Positions 24,850 through 26,067 of a stretch of DNA of 26,067 nucleotides are shown one piece after another. Below the pieces are notes generated by a model. It was not told where the DNA came from. It worked only from the letters and a program-made list of their open reading frames with translations, and ran no database searches. Made by a program: the position numbers and the translations under genes. This stretch comes from a virus. Its lineage: Duplodnaviria; Caudoviricetes. How positions within the stretch are numbered: position 1 is the stretch's first letter; each line of letters opens with the position of its first letter. The DNA lies in IMG/VR virus record IMGVR_UViG_3300044448_005507, positions 1 through 26,067 of that record; one strand, given 5' to 3'.

Positions 24850-25956
24850 ATGCCAAGAGCAAACAAAAATAAAGAAGCCGCAGTAGGTTCACAAAATAGA
24901 ACCGTTACGCCTAACGAGGCCAAATCAGCACTAACACATTGTATCAAATTACAAAGACCAATAATGATGTGGGGTGCACCAGGTATTGGTAAATCCGATA
25001 TTGTAAAACAAATTGCAGACCAAGAGAAAAGAAATGTAATTGATATCAGACTTCCTTTGTGGGAGCCAACAGATATCAAAGGTATCCCTTACTATAATTC
25101 AAAAGAGAACAACATGGTATGGGCGGCACCGGCAGAACTGCCAACTGATCCAAAGTCTAATGCAATCGTATTCTTAGACGAGTTAAACTCGGCGGCACCG
25201 GCTGTACAGGCGGCGGCGTATCAATTAATTTTAAACAGAAGAGTAGGACAGTACGTTCTACCAGAAGGCGTTTCAATTGTGGCGGCAGGTAATAGAGATA
25301 GTGACAAAGGTGTCACTTACAGAATGCCGGCTCCTTTGGCAAACAGATTTGTTCACATCGAATTGAGAGTGGACTACGATGACTGGTTACAATGGGCAAC
25401 AGATAAACATATCCATGCAGACGTTGTAGGTTATTGTACATTCGCAAAACAAGATTTATATGATTTCGATCCTAGAGGAAGTTCGAGATCATTCGCAACT
25501 CCAAGATCATGGAGTTTCGTTTCACAACTTCTATCAGACGACCTGCCAGAAAGTACGCTCACTGACCTCGTTGCAGGTTGTGTAGGAGAGGGACTGGCCG
25601 TTAAGTTTATGAATCATCGTAAGGTTAGCGGTCAACTTCCAAACCCGTCTGATATATTGAGCGGTAAGGTCAAAGACCTTAAGACTAAAGAAATATCAGC
25701 AATGTACTCACTGACTGTATCATTGTGCTATGAATTACAACAGGCACACGAGAAGAAGGTGAAGGATTGGAACGCACAGGCAGACAGATTCTTCCACTAC
25801 ATGATGGACAACTTTGAAACAGAGTTGGTTGTTATGGGTGCCAAGATTGCACTGACAAACTACAAACTACCGTTTGATCCTAGCAAGTTGAAATCATTTG
25901 ATAGGTTCCATAAGAAGTTTGGCAAGTATGTCATAACTGCTATGGAGTCTAAATAA
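24850..25956 (+). CDS. MoxR-like AAA+ ATPase (start re-called to ATG 24850)
   Basis: Walker A GAPGIGKS, Walker B VFLDE, AAGNR, arginine finger LANRF and TPRSW. The SD fits ATG 24850. Confidence 0.9.
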   Translation: MPRANKNKEAAVGSQNRTVTPNEAKSALTHCIKLQRPIMMWGAPGIGKSDIVKQIADQEKRNVIDIRLPLWEPTDIKGIPYYNSKENNMVWAAPAELPTDPKSNAIVFLDELNSAAPAVQAAAYQLILNRRVGQYVLPEGVSIVAAGNRDSDKGVTYRMPAPLANRFVHIELRVDYDDWLQWATDKHIHADVVGYCTFAKQDLYDFDPRGSSRSFATPRSWSFVSQLLSDDLPESTLTDLVAGCVGEGLAVKFMNHRKVSGQLPNPSDILSGKVKDLKTKEISAMYSLTVSLCYELQQAHEKKVKDWNAQADRFFHYMMDNFETELVVMGAKIALTNYKLPFDPSKLKSFDRFHKKFGKYVITAMESK

Positions 25957-26067
25957 TGTCAGACTATCGAGATCAATTAATCGTAGACAAATTAGTCACT
26001 GCAAGGATTGCCTTACTACTGAAGCATCCGTTCTTTGGTAACCTTGCAACAAGACTAAAACTTGTTA
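25956..26067 (+). CDS. N-terminus of a VWA-like/putative metallopeptidase (DUF2201-type) MoxR partner, truncated by the window edge
   Basis: MSDYRDQLIVDKLVTARIALLLKHPFFGNLATRLKLV, coupled by TAATG to the AAA+ gene. The AR..L....PFFG start is typical of this pair. Confidence 0.7.
   Translation, partial: MSDYRDQLIVDKLVTARIALLLKHPFFGNLATRLKLV

Noticed and set aside
36-25079. All minus-strand ORFs in the track
   Set aside because: They are antisense shadows of well-supported + strand genes, with no motifs or start signals.
25948-25958. TCTAAATA as a late promoter before the VWA-like gene
   Set aside because: It is directly adjacent to the ATG and is explained by the SK* codons plus TAATG translational coupling.
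1-26067. tRNA genes, CRISPR array, transposase or integrase
   Set aside because: Intergenic gaps are too short and no cloverleaf, repeat-spacer or recombinase motifs were seen by eye. A tRNAscan or Infernal run would be needed to be certain.

Overview
A gene-dense, AT-rich segment in which every credible gene lies on the + strand. It looks like part of a large tailed dsDNA phage with T4-like replication logic. The host is probably marine or aquatic, possibly an alphaproteobacterium; this is inference only, from the Prx5, GuaC and YhhQ accessory genes. The window holds putative basic head-internal proteins, a DsbA-like DNA-binding protein, a family B DNA polymerase and a sliding-clamp-like protein. 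Next comes an extended 7-deazaguanine DNA-modification neighbourhood: a TGT-fold DpdA-like transglycosylase, a QueD-paralog with the LxxxHRHxF (DpdL-type) motif, FolE, QueE and a YhhQ transporter, with no QueC and no canonical QueD in the window. Interleaved with these are a GT-B glycosyltransferase plus GalE, GuaC, a purine phosphoribosyltransferase, a peroxiredoxin, an amidinotransferase and sulfotransferase-like ORFs. The window ends with an RNase H-like 5'-3' exonuclease, a radical SAM enzyme and a MoxR AAA+/VWA pair. Main observations: (1) the DpdA-like enzyme is translationally coupled to the clamp gene and ends in the same N-x-F-x-x-L-F-E tail as the polymerase, suggesting clamp-tethered, replication-coupled base exchange; (2) a possible glycosylated deazaguanine pathway with guanine recycling; (3) apparent absence of GCWGC and near-absence of AGCT; (4) many promoters placed so that the ATG sits at about +1 (leaderless mRNAs), with TCTAAATA motifs nested in promoters and bracketing accessory genes. 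No tRNA, rRNA, CRISPR array or transposase was seen. All family assignments come from motif recognition by eye, not from database searches.
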